Origin: Flavobacteriaceae bacterium
GTDB lineage: Bacteria; Bacteroidota; Bacteroidia; Flavobacteriales; Flavobacteriaceae
DNA length: 45,414 nucleotides
Direction of reading: 5' to 3'
NCBI GenBank assembly: GCA_046711205.1
Contig: JBKEHX010000001.1
Location: 1-45,414 of the forward strand
Of this stretch, positions 8,676-16,956 are shown one piece after another. The position numbers and the translations under genes are program-made. The notes beneath the pieces were generated by a model. The model ran no database searches. It saw only the letters and a program-made list of their open reading frames with translations, and had not been told where the DNA came from. Numbering within the stretch: position 1 is the first letter of the stretch; each line of letters opens with the position of its first letter.

Positions 8676-9596
8676 GTGACGTATTATACGCAAAAAATAA
8701 CCGCTGCTTTTCCATGGATTGTGGCTTTATTTTCGATTTCTTCACTTATTCACCCACCTTTATTCACTTGGTTTCAAGGGCCCTTAATCACACTAGGTTT
8801 AGGAGGTATTATGCTGGGCATGGGGTTGACCCTTCGGGTATCTGATTTTAAACAAATTATAACCCATCCTAAGTGGGTGATCCTCGGCATTGCGTTACAG
8901 TTTCTTGTAATGCCCCTATTGGGTTGGGGACTAGGTAAGCTATTTCAATTGCCTTCTTTTTTTGCAGTAGGACTTATTTTAGTTTCTTGCTGCCCGGGGG
9001 GGACAGCCTCCAATGTCATTGCCTATTTAGCTAGAGCCAATGTTGCCCTTTCTGTTTCTATGACTGCTTTTTCTACCCTGGCTGCAATTGCATTTACTCC
9101 CTTTTTAACCAGTCAACTTTCAGGAAACTATATAGATGTTCCCGCCGCTGGATTATTTTACAGTACTATAAAAGTAGTGCTCATTCCCATTGTATTAGGC
9201 GTGGTGCTAAATAAATATTCTCTAAAAAAAACTGCTAGAATTTTACCTTTTGCACCTCCTGTTGCTGTGCTGCTTATAACCTTGATTGTTGCCAGTATTA
9301 TTGGACAAGGAAAAGATATTATTTTAGATTCTGGCTTCCGGTTAATTATAGCCCTTCTTTGCCTTCATTTTATGGGCTTTTTACTTGGCTTTCTCATTAG
9401 TTTTGGATGGTTTAAAAACAGGAATGTCGCAAAAACAATTTCGATAGAAGTAGGTATGCAAAATTCAGGTTTGGGGGTTGTTTTGGCTAGAGAGAATTTT
9501 TCAAGCCCAATGGTGGCAATTCCCGCAGCAATTTCAAGCTTGATCCATTCCCTCCTGGGAAGTGTCTTTGTAAGTCTTTTTAAAGACAAAAACTAG
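8676..9596 (+). CDS. bile acid:sodium symporter (BASS) family transporter
   Basis: GGIMLGMGLTLRVSDFKQI and CCPGGTASNV are BASS signatures. It has about 9 TM segments and a GTG start per the ORF track. Confidence 0.85.
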   Translation: MTYYTQKITAAFPWIVALFSISSLIHPPLFTWFQGPLITLGLGGIMLGMGLTLRVSDFKQIITHPKWVILGIALQFLVMPLLGWGLGKLFQLPSFFAVGLILVSCCPGGTASNVIAYLARANVALSVSMTAFSTLAAIAFTPFLTSQLSGNYIDVPAAGLFYSTIKVVLIPIVLGVVLNKYSLKKTARILPFAPPVAVLLITLIVASIIGQGKDIILDSGFRLIIALLCLHFMGFLLGFLISFGWFKNRNVAKTISIEVGMQNSGLGVVLARENFSSPMVAIPAAISSLIHSLLGSVFVSLFKDKN

Positions 9597-10606
9597 TCCT
9601 TAGCTACAGCGTTTTGACGATGAATAAATATTTCTCGTGCCCGATACGTTGCCGTAGTAAAAGAGGTTGGATTTGCAACTCCTTTTCCAGCAATATCAAA
9701 CGCTGTCCCATGGTCTGGAGAGGTTCTGACATAATTTAACCCTGCCGTAAAATTTACTCCTTCTCCAAAAGACAAGGTTTTAAATGGGATGAGCCCTTGG
9801 TCATGATAGGTTGCCAATACAGCATCAAATTTTGTGTACGACTGGTTTCCAAAAAAACCATCGGCAGGAAAGGGACCAAAAACTAAACTTCCTTTTTCTT
9901 GTAGCTTTTTGAGTAAGGGACTCAGTAGTGTGTCATCTTCTTTTCCAATTACCCCATTATCTCCGTTATGTGGATTAATCCCTAGTACAGCAATTTTGGG
10001 ACGTTGTATTCCAAAATCTTGTTGTAGACTTTTCTCAAGAAGGATAATTTTACTAGTAATTTTTTCTTCGGTTAAATAGCCAACCACCTCCTTCAAGGGA
10101 ATGTGATCACTTATTAAGGCCACTTTTAGAGAATCGGTCACCATAAACATTAAGCTATTACCTTCCAGTTTTTGGTTAAGATAGTCCGTATGCCCCGGAA
10201 ATGAAAAGATTTCCGACTGTATGCTTTTTTTATGTATAGGAGCCGTCACCAGCACATCGATGTTACCATCTTTTAGGGCAGAAGTAGCCGCCTCTAGAGA
10301 AGAAATAGCATGAGCTCCTGCCTTAAGTTGTTCTTTCCCATACGCAATGGAAAAGGGTTTTTCCCATGTTTCTAAAACGTTCAACTGACCTTTGTTTGGG
10401 TTTTTTATGTTTTTTAAAGAGAAAATATTTGTTGAAAGACTCAGCTTCTTTTTCTCCTCAATAAAGTTTCTTGAATGCGCAAAAGCAATGGGGGTAAAAA
10501 AATCGAAAATCCGCTTGTCTTCGAAAGTTTTTAAAATAACTTCAAAACCAATCCCGTTGGGATCTCCTACAGAAATTCCGACTCTTATTTTTGGGATTTC
10601 ACTCAT
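9593..10606 (-). CDS. pdxA: 4-hydroxythreonine-4-phosphate dehydrogenase
   Basis: Motifs present: GDPNGIG, PGHTDYL, GINPHNG, RTSPDHGTAFDIAGKG. Confidence 0.92.
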   Translation of the reverse strand: MSEIPKIRVGISVGDPNGIGFEVILKTFEDKRIFDFFTPIAFAHSRNFIEEKKKLSLSTNIFSLKNIKNPNKGQLNVLETWEKPFSIAYGKEQLKAGAHAISSLEAATSALKDGNIDVLVTAPIHKKSIQSEIFSFPGHTDYLNQKLEGNSLMFMVTDSLKVALISDHIPLKEVVGYLTEEKITSKIILLEKSLQQDFGIQRPKIAVLGINPHNGDNGVIGKEDDTLLSPLLKKLQEKGSLVFGPFPADGFFGNQSYTKFDAVLATYHDQGLIPFKTLSFGEGVNFTAGLNYVRTSPDHGTAFDIAGKGVANPTSFTTATYRAREIFIHRQNAVAKD

Positions 10607-10657
10607 TCCAAAGGTTTTATACTTATTTTTGAAGCAAATGTAACTAAATTATAACGT

Positions 10658-11245
10658 ATGTTTACGGGAATCATAGAAGCTTTTGGAACAGTAAAAAGCT
10701 TGGAGAAAAAAGCAAGCAACCTCCATATTACTTTGGAAAGTGATCTAGCCAAAACATTAAAAATAGATCAAAGTATTGCCCATAATGGAGTGTGTTTAAC
10801 CGTGTTGGCCTGTGATAAAAAATCTTATACGGTAACCGCTATTGAAGAAACACTTCTTAAAAGCAATTTAGGTAAACTTGAAATTAAGGGTCTCATTAAT
10901 TTAGAACGTGCCATGAAATTAGGAGATCGTCTAGATGGCCATATGGTGCAAGGCCATGTTGACCAAACTGCAACATGCGTGCAAGCGGAAAATCAAGAAG
11001 GAAGTTGGGTTTATACATTTACCTATGATTCAAAAAAAGGAAATATTACCATTGAAAAAGGGTCAATAACAGTAAACGGAGTAAGCCTTACCGTTATTAA
11101 TTCTAAAGAGGATCGCTTTTCTGTTGCAATCATTCCTTATACCTATGAAAACACAAACTTTCACAAGCTCGCTCCGGGTGAAATTGTTAATCTAGAATTT
11201 GACCTAATAGGAAAGTATCTCACAAAACTTTATTCCAAAGGTTAA
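10658..11245 (+). CDS. ribE: riboflavin synthase (alpha chain)
   Basis: It has the MFTGIIE start and duplicated lumazine-binding repeats (SIAHNGVCLTV / SITVNGVSLTV). Confidence 0.93.
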   Translation: MFTGIIEAFGTVKSLEKKASNLHITLESDLAKTLKIDQSIAHNGVCLTVLACDKKSYTVTAIEETLLKSNLGKLEIKGLINLERAMKLGDRLDGHMVQGHVDQTATCVQAENQEGSWVYTFTYDSKKGNITIEKGSITVNGVSLTVINSKEDRFSVAIIPYTYENTNFHKLAPGEIVNLEFDLIGKYLTKLYSKG

Positions 11246-11275
11246 TTTTCATATATTTAAATAAAACGAAACATC

Positions 11276-12544
11276 ATGAATTTACTTGAACTTTCCGCTT
11301 TATTACTTTGTTTAGCGTCCATTTTTTCGATTATCAACTTGCGAATATTAAAGCTTCCTCAAACAATTGGTTTGATGGTATTGGCTATAATGCTGTCATT
11401 AGTTATAATGATTACAGGACTGGTTTCTCCAGAATTCCTTAGCTATGTTACTACTTTAACCAAGCAGTTTGACTTTAGTGTTTTACTGATTGATGTAATG
11501 CTACCTTTCCTGCTTTTTGCAGGAGCAATTAGTGTAGATGTTCATGAGTTGTTAAAGGATAAGGTTACCGTTTTGTTCCTTGCTACTTTTGGAGTTATTT
11601 TCTCCACGTTTGCAGTCGGTACTGGTCTTTTTTGGCTCGTTGAACAACCTTTATTTAGTCTTAGTTCTCTTGGGCTAAGTTATGTGGATTGTTTATTATT
11701 TGGAGCATTAATTGCACCTACTGATCCTATCGCTGTTCTAGCAATGGTTAAAAAAATGAACCTTTCTAAAGTTACAGAAACACGTATTGCAGGGGAATCT
11801 CTTTTTAATGATGGTATTGGAGTAGTTGTTTTCCTTACTCTTTTAAGCATTAAAGTTGAAGGTATTGATAATATTACCGTTCAAAGCGTAGGGGCCTTAT
11901 TTGCACAAGAGGTTATTGGGGGAGTATTACTTGGTGCTTTAATGGGCTATTTAGGGTTGAAGTTAGTTGAGTATATTGAAAATGATCACGTAGAGTTAGA
12001 AGTTTTAATTACCCTTTCTATGGTCCTTTTAGTTCCGGTTATTTCTCATATATTTCATTTCTCTGCTGTTCTTGCAGTAGTTGTTATGGGACTCTTTTTA
12101 AATCAAAATATTGATTCCGACAAAAACAAAGAGGGAGTTCAAAAGGCAATGGGAGATTATGTTTATAAATTCTGGCACCTTTTGGATGAAACCTTAAATG
12201 CCATCTTATTTATTTTGATTGGATTGGAAATTATTCCGATTCTGCAAAACTTTGAAATATCGTATCTAATTATCATTTTACTAGTGATTGTTTTGGTCGT
12301 GGTTTCCAGGGGTATCGGTGTATTTGTCCCCATACAACTATTATCAATCAAAAAAGTATTTGAAAAAAATACCGCCCTCATTATTACTTGGGGTGGTTTA
12401 CGCGGAGGGCTAAGTATTGCCTTAGCGCTAAACCTTCCAGATTCTATTGGGGCTGGTAAAGACCTTATTTTGATTTTAACATATGGAGTGGTGCTCTTCA
12501 CTATTTTAGTACAAGGACTTACGTTGAAAAAAATTGTAAAATAG
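11276..12544 (+). CDS. Na+/H+ (cation:proton) antiporter, CPA1/NhaP-like
   Basis: It has about 11 TM segments, with LFGALIAPTDPIAV and ESLFNDGIGVV motifs typical of CPA1 exchangers. Confidence 0.85.
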   Translation: MNLLELSALLLCLASIFSIINLRILKLPQTIGLMVLAIMLSLVIMITGLVSPEFLSYVTTLTKQFDFSVLLIDVMLPFLLFAGAISVDVHELLKDKVTVLFLATFGVIFSTFAVGTGLFWLVEQPLFSLSSLGLSYVDCLLFGALIAPTDPIAVLAMVKKMNLSKVTETRIAGESLFNDGIGVVVFLTLLSIKVEGIDNITVQSVGALFAQEVIGGVLLGALMGYLGLKLVEYIENDHVELEVLITLSMVLLVPVISHIFHFSAVLAVVVMGLFLNQNIDSDKNKEGVQKAMGDYVYKFWHLLDETLNAILFILIGLEIIPILQNFEISYLIIILLVIVLVVVSRGIGVFVPIQLLSIKKVFEKNTALIITWGGLRGGLSIALALNLPDSIGAGKDLILILTYGVVLFTILVQGLTLKKIVK

Positions 12545-12639
12545 TTGAGAAACAAATCTCTTCAATTCTTATATTTGGATTGAGAAGTTCGGGCTGTGAC
12601 AGCAGCTAAGTTTGACTTAATATAGAAAGGAGGTGTCTT

Positions 12640-12702
12640 ATGTTTTATGAAAATCATTTGAGTAATAGTAAGCAGCAGGTGCCTACTCTAGTGCCACTTT
12701 AG
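12640..12702 (+). CDS. candidate 20-codon leader ORF (MFYENHLSNSKQQVPTLVPL)
   Basis: The ATG at 12640 is preceded by AAGGAGGTG (12627-12635) at canonical spacing, which is unusual in this otherwise SD-poor sequence. The stop is at 12700-12702, 20 nt before a terminator. Confidence 0.3.
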   Translation: MFYENHLSNSKQQVPTLVPL

Positions 12703-12722
12703 CATTCCTTATCTATCTATAA

Positions 12723-12748
12723 AGCTGGCTGATGGGGCCGCTTTTTTT
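12723..12748 (+). terminator. intrinsic terminator/attenuator 11 nt upstream of the 2OG oxygenase start codon
   Basis: AGC(u)GGC ugauggg GCCGCT followed by a T run through 12748. The ATG of the next gene is at 12760. Confidence 0.6.
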
Positions 12749-12759
12749 AATTTACCCCA

Positions 12760-13704
12760 ATGAAAAATATCCCGCAAGCTGATTTAAATGAATTCCTTTC
12801 TAAAGATCCAAAACGAAAAGCAGCCTTTGTTAAACACATTGGTGCTTCGTTTCAAGAAATAGGTTTTTTAGCCTTAAAAGGGCATTTTTTAGAGGAGGAC
12901 TTAAAAGTTGATTTATACCGTGAAATCAATGCTTTTTTTGCATTACCTAAATCTAACAAAGAAGCCTACGAAATTGAAGGAGGTGGAGGGCAACGAGGAT
13001 ATACCGGTTTTGGAAAAGAACATGCAGCAGGACGAACAACTGGTGACTTAAAAGAGTTTTGGCATTTTGGTCAAAACTTAAAGGTTCATGAAAATCTTAA
13101 AGAAATATATCCAGAGAATATTCAAGTGTCAGAGCTCGAGAATTTTAATACCATTGGAGATGAAGTATATAAAAAACTAGAGAAAACAGCAGAAGTATTG
13201 CTTCAAGCCATTGCGTTATATTTAGGCCTAGAAGAACATTATTTTGACCGCTTCATTCATCAGGGGAATTCAATTTTAAGGGCCATTCATTACCCTCCTA
13301 TTGACCAAGCACCTCAAGAAGCGGAACGTGCCGCAGCCCATGGAGACATTAATTTAATTACCTTGCTTATGGGTTCACAAGGCCGCGGATTGCAAGTATT
13401 AAACCGCCAGGAAGAGTGGGTTGATACTGTTGCTGCTCCCGATGAATTGATGATCAATATTGGCGACATGCTTTCTAGATTAACCAACAATCATTTACCC
13501 TCTACCATTCATCGTGTGGTCAACCCTCCTATAGAGGAATGGAGCAAGGCAAGATACTCACTACCTTTTTTTATGCATCCTGTTCCAAAAATGCCGCTAA
13601 ACTGCCTACCACAAATGATTGATGAAAAAAATCCAAAGCTTTATGATGACATTGAAGCTGGCGAGTTTTTACGTCAGCGTTTAGTTGCCTTAGGCTTATT
13701 ATAA
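12760..13704 (+). CDS. 2-oxoglutarate/Fe(II)-dependent oxygenase (isopenicillin N synthase-like family)
   Basis: It has the HxD...H facial triad (AAHGDINLITLL, PSTIHRV) and the RxS 2OG-binding motif (ARYSLPFF). Confidence 0.8.
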   Translation: MKNIPQADLNEFLSKDPKRKAAFVKHIGASFQEIGFLALKGHFLEEDLKVDLYREINAFFALPKSNKEAYEIEGGGGQRGYTGFGKEHAAGRTTGDLKEFWHFGQNLKVHENLKEIYPENIQVSELENFNTIGDEVYKKLEKTAEVLLQAIALYLGLEEHYFDRFIHQGNSILRAIHYPPIDQAPQEAERAAAHGDINLITLLMGSQGRGLQVLNRQEEWVDTVAAPDELMINIGDMLSRLTNNHLPSTIHRVVNPPIEEWSKARYSLPFFMHPVPKMPLNCLPQMIDEKNPKLYDDIEAGEFLRQRLVALGLL

Positions 13705-14967
13705 CCCTTTCTTTTTTTCTTGAAGTTCTTTTAAAATACCTCGGCCCAATGCTGCTAAAAAGGGAATCCCTTTAGATTCGAATTCGTAGACATCATCATT
13801 AAAAATTCGATTTTCATTAACTAAAACTGTCGCCGTTAAAAAGAATTCAAGGTCATTCCTTCGGTCTTGAATGTAAGCAACATCTGTTAATGTCCCATAG
13901 GCATACCCCACTTTATTGTAGCTTCTAAGGCCATTATTCATCACTCCTTTTTGGTCTCCATAAATTAAAAATTTGCCATAACTGTCCCAATAATTCCCAT
14001 CATTATAATTAGGAAACTCACTCTCTAAGGCGGAGCGGCTCATCCAGTATTGTAGAAACGTATAATCTGCAGGTCTTAGATCAAATTGTGCTCCTTTTGG
14101 AAACGCCTCAGGATAAATCAAGCGCTTTAAAATTCCGTCTATATCGCGAATCGAAAGCGCATTTTTTTCGCTAAAATCCATAGGTTCTTTGATCAATTTT
14201 CCTTCTGAAATAAATCCGTCACCTTTTAAAAGACCGTTTAGTTTTAGAGAAGAAAAAACCAAAGTAGCTTTTATAGATTCTTGGTGGTATACCTGAGTAC
14301 CTGCTTCATTAAAAAAAGTATATTCCCAAGTAGTTGTATTGTCTGCACCTAATAGAAACTTATGTAATATTTGGCTATTATTTAATCCCTTTTTTTTAAG
14401 CTCCGCATAAATATAATCACGGCCTAAAAAATCAAAAAGGTAATTATATGCATCATTGTCACTTACTAAAAACACTTTCTTAATCAAATGCGCTATGGTT
14501 ACTTTTCCTCTTTTTTGGGTGCTATCTTCAGCAACAATAAGAGCACCCTTGCGATCTCTAATTTCAAAAGCAGTGGTCGTATTGATTGGAATTCCAAGTG
14601 CGTTTAATTCTTTTATTTTTTGAAGAGTTAAGGCTACAATAGGAAGTTTTGTAGTGCTTGCGGGATAGAAATGGTTTTTTTCATTGACATTATATGCTGA
14701 TTCCAAAAAAACAGGCATTCCCTTTGCATCTTTGGTGACTTCGGTAAATAAGATTTGAATTTCATGTGCCTCAGCATTTTTCATTATTTCTTGAATGCTA
14801 GGGGCTGAATAATTTAAAACAGTTTTGATCGTGTTGGTAGAAAAAGTACAGGATGTTGTGGTAAAAAATAGGAGAGCTATTAATCCGATTGTACCTCGAA
14901 AATCCAGTAAAAGGGTTCTAGATCTTGGTGTAGTAAAAATTCTGTATTTAGAAAAAAACCTAATCAT
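13699..14967 (-). CDS. class A beta-lactamase-like serine hydrolase, probable lipoprotein
   Basis: It has SxxK (ASTTKLP), SDN (LVSDND) and a K-x-G (NKVGYA) motif, plus N-terminal hydrophobic and Cys (TTTSC) signal features. Confidence 0.7.
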   Translation of the reverse strand: MIRFFSKYRIFTTPRSRTLLLDFRGTIGLIALLFFTTTSCTFSTNTIKTVLNYSAPSIQEIMKNAEAHEIQILFTEVTKDAKGMPVFLESAYNVNEKNHFYPASTTKLPIVALTLQKIKELNALGIPINTTTAFEIRDRKGALIVAEDSTQKRGKVTIAHLIKKVFLVSDNDAYNYLFDFLGRDYIYAELKKKGLNNSQILHKFLLGADNTTTWEYTFFNEAGTQVYHQESIKATLVFSSLKLNGLLKGDGFISEGKLIKEPMDFSEKNALSIRDIDGILKRLIYPEAFPKGAQFDLRPADYTFLQYWMSRSALESEFPNYNDGNYWDSYGKFLIYGDQKGVMNNGLRSYNKVGYAYGTLTDVAYIQDRRNDLEFFLTATVLVNENRIFNDDVYEFESKGIPFLAALGRGILKELQEKKKGL

Positions 14968-15029
14968 TTTATTTGGTTATAGTCAATATTAAAAGTACTA
15001 CAACCCTTAATAAACACTTGTTTTATTGT

Positions 15030-15875
15030 TTATAAATTTGAAAAGCTTTTAAGGTCCTCTGCAGAAGTTAAATCTGGGATATGCTCTGAAACTTTAAAAC
15101 AGCGAATCCTGTTTTTGAGCTCTAGAGTCATCATTCTCACAGCTTCTGGAAGCTCTTTTTCATTGCGCTCAGGGTGTAAGGGGCAGTTTTTTAAATACGG
15201 GAACAGTAAGGATCCCTTAAAACTAAAAATATTCATGCTCACTCCAATGTGCTCTGAAGTATCTCCATAATTCTTTAGTGTTTCTGGATCTGGTTTTTCA
15301 ATAATATTTTGTAAATATCCTTCCTTACTAATCTCCATAACTGCAAAAGAAGAAATGCGCGCTGTACTAAAATTAAGACTCGAGCGATTGTAACTAATTA
15401 AAGCATGCGGTGTATCTCGAGGAGCTAATAATAATGCAAAAGCATGCACAGAATATAAATTATCTCCATTACAAATGGTAAAGGATTCATTTTTAAGCTC
15501 TGGATGTTGTTCCATGGCTTGCTGAACAGCATCAGCTGTACCTAATGGTTTTTCCCTTCCTTCAGGAAGATACTGGAGGGCATAATGCACAAGTGCTCCT
15601 GCAAAAAAATTCTTTTTGGGTGCTGTGCCAATACATTCTTTGAAGGCTTCATTTTCAGGACTTGTAATAAGATATACCTCTTTAAAACCAGCAGTTACTG
15701 CATTTCGAATGAGGTGAAATAATAAAGGTTTTTGTTTAGAACCTAAAGGAATTAAGCTTTTATGAGCACTACCAGCTATTTTTTTAGTCTCGGGTGTTAG
15801 TTCGGTTGTTTCTAAAGAACGTTTCATTCTTGATGAAGCACCGCCAGCCATAATAATTAATTTTGCTGTGTTCAT
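15030..15875 (-). CDS. sugar-1-phosphate nucleotidylyltransferase (NTP_transferase family)
   Basis: It has IIMAGGASSRM (the GGxxxR signature) and KPLGTADAV. The start is 1 nt after the stop of the upstream kinase gene. Confidence 0.75.
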   Translation of the reverse strand: MNTAKLIIMAGGASSRMKRSLETTELTPETKKIAGSAHKSLIPLGSKQKPLLFHLIRNAVTAGFKEVYLITSPENEAFKECIGTAPKKNFFAGALVHYALQYLPEGREKPLGTADAVQQAMEQHPELKNESFTICNGDNLYSVHAFALLLAPRDTPHALISYNRSSLNFSTARISSFAVMEISKEGYLQNIIEKPDPETLKNYGDTSEHIGVSMNIFSFKGSLLFPYLKNCPLHPERNEKELPEAVRMMTLELKNRIRCFKVSEHIPDLTSAEDLKSFSNL

Positions 15876-15876
15876 T

Positions 15877-16932
15877 TTATGATTGGGTTAGGTTTACTTC
15901 ATAAGCTGCTTTTGCACCTTTGGCAAGAAAAGCATTAATAACTGGTCGTAAGGTTTCTTCAGTAACCATTGCAACCATAGAGCCCCCTCCTCCAGAACCA
16001 ATGATTTTTGCGCCCAGAGCACCTGCAGAACAGGCAGCCTCAATTTGAGTCTTCATGGTGGTGGGAGTATTTTGAATTCGCTTCTCTAAAATGGCTTGGT
16101 GTGCATTCATCAAAGAACCTATGAATTTTAAATTAGGTTCGTCTGACTGTAATGCCTTTTTTGCCCTTTGGGTTAATAGGTGATTGTGAATTGCTGCATA
16201 CCAATGATCCTTATATTCTTTTGGAACTAAATGAAGATAGTTGTTGTATGAACTAACCGTTGCTGTGTGAATGTCAAAATCTGGTTCTTTTTTAAGAACA
16301 GCTTCTAGGGCATTTCTACCAAAGGCTCGTGCATTTTGTAACACGGTGAGGGTTTCTTTAGAAATACCCGATTCTGCCAATACCAATCTACCTATGGTTG
16401 AAGGTATTTTTGTAGAACTTCCCGTTTGGGTATTGATATATAATAAACCCCCTTGAGCAATCGTATATTGATCCATAAGACCTCCGGGTTGCTTGAAATA
16501 AAGCACCTCTGCTTCATAAGCCAATTTTCCAAGGGTAACGTTGCTCACCGAACTTGCCGCTTCTTGGGCTTGAATTAAAAATCGAAGCCAGGCAACCACA
16601 ATGGCTGAAGAACTTGAAACACCTGCATTTATCGGTATATTTCCAGAGATTTCAATGTCAAAACCCTGTGTAAATTGTGCTCCTTTATTTTGAAGTATTG
16701 CCATTGAAGAACGGTAGTAATCTTCTTGAGCTATTAGTGTGATTTTTTCATTTAAATTAATGGTAATAGAGCTCTCTAAATCAGGTAATTGTATAAAATA
16801 AGTAGTAGTAGAATTTGGTTTTGCCTTTAGGATAATCTTACGGTCAATAGTTCCTGCAATTATAGGAAGATTAAGATAATCTTGATGGTCTCCAAAAAAA
16901 CAAATACGCGCTGAGGCTTCAGATAAAATCAA
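15877..16932 (-). CDS. GHMP kinase, galactokinase-like anomeric sugar kinase
   Basis: It has a galactokinase-type motif FFGDHQDY, GHMP motif II PINAGVSSSSAIVVA and motif III GSGGGGSMV. The start is TTG per the ORF track. Confidence 0.75.
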   Translation of the reverse strand: MILSEASARICFFGDHQDYLNLPIIAGTIDRKIILKAKPNSTTTYFIQLPDLESSITINLNEKITLIAQEDYYRSSMAILQNKGAQFTQGFDIEISGNIPINAGVSSSSAIVVAWLRFLIQAQEAASSVSNVTLGKLAYEAEVLYFKQPGGLMDQYTIAQGGLLYINTQTGSSTKIPSTIGRLVLAESGISKETLTVLQNARAFGRNALEAVLKKEPDFDIHTATVSSYNNYLHLVPKEYKDHWYAAIHNHLLTQRAKKALQSDEPNLKFIGSLMNAHQAILEKRIQNTPTTMKTQIEAACSAGALGAKIIGSGGGGSMVAMVTEETLRPVINAFLAKGAKAAYEVNLTQS

Positions 16933-16956
16933 TGTGTAAAAAGCTAATAGTTTTAA

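Noticed and set aside
8795-8815. AGGAGGT followed by ATG inside the BASS gene (about 8800-8812) as an alternative SD-driven internal start
   Set aside because: Conserved transporter sequence (PLITLGLGG) continues upstream in frame, so the motif simply encodes Gly-Gly.
8588-8845. 85-aa plus-strand ORF overlapping the 5' end of the BASS transporter gene
   Set aside because: It is out of frame with the transporter, whose conserved N-terminal motifs occupy the same DNA.
12590-12745. The 12.6-kb intergenic RNA as a signal-recognition-particle (4.5S) RNA, because of AAGCAGCAGG resembling the SRP domain IV 3' strand
   Set aside because: I could not find the matching 5' strand or GNRA tetraloop arrangement of helix 8. 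The region is better explained as a leader/attenuator. Only a covariance-model scan could settle it.
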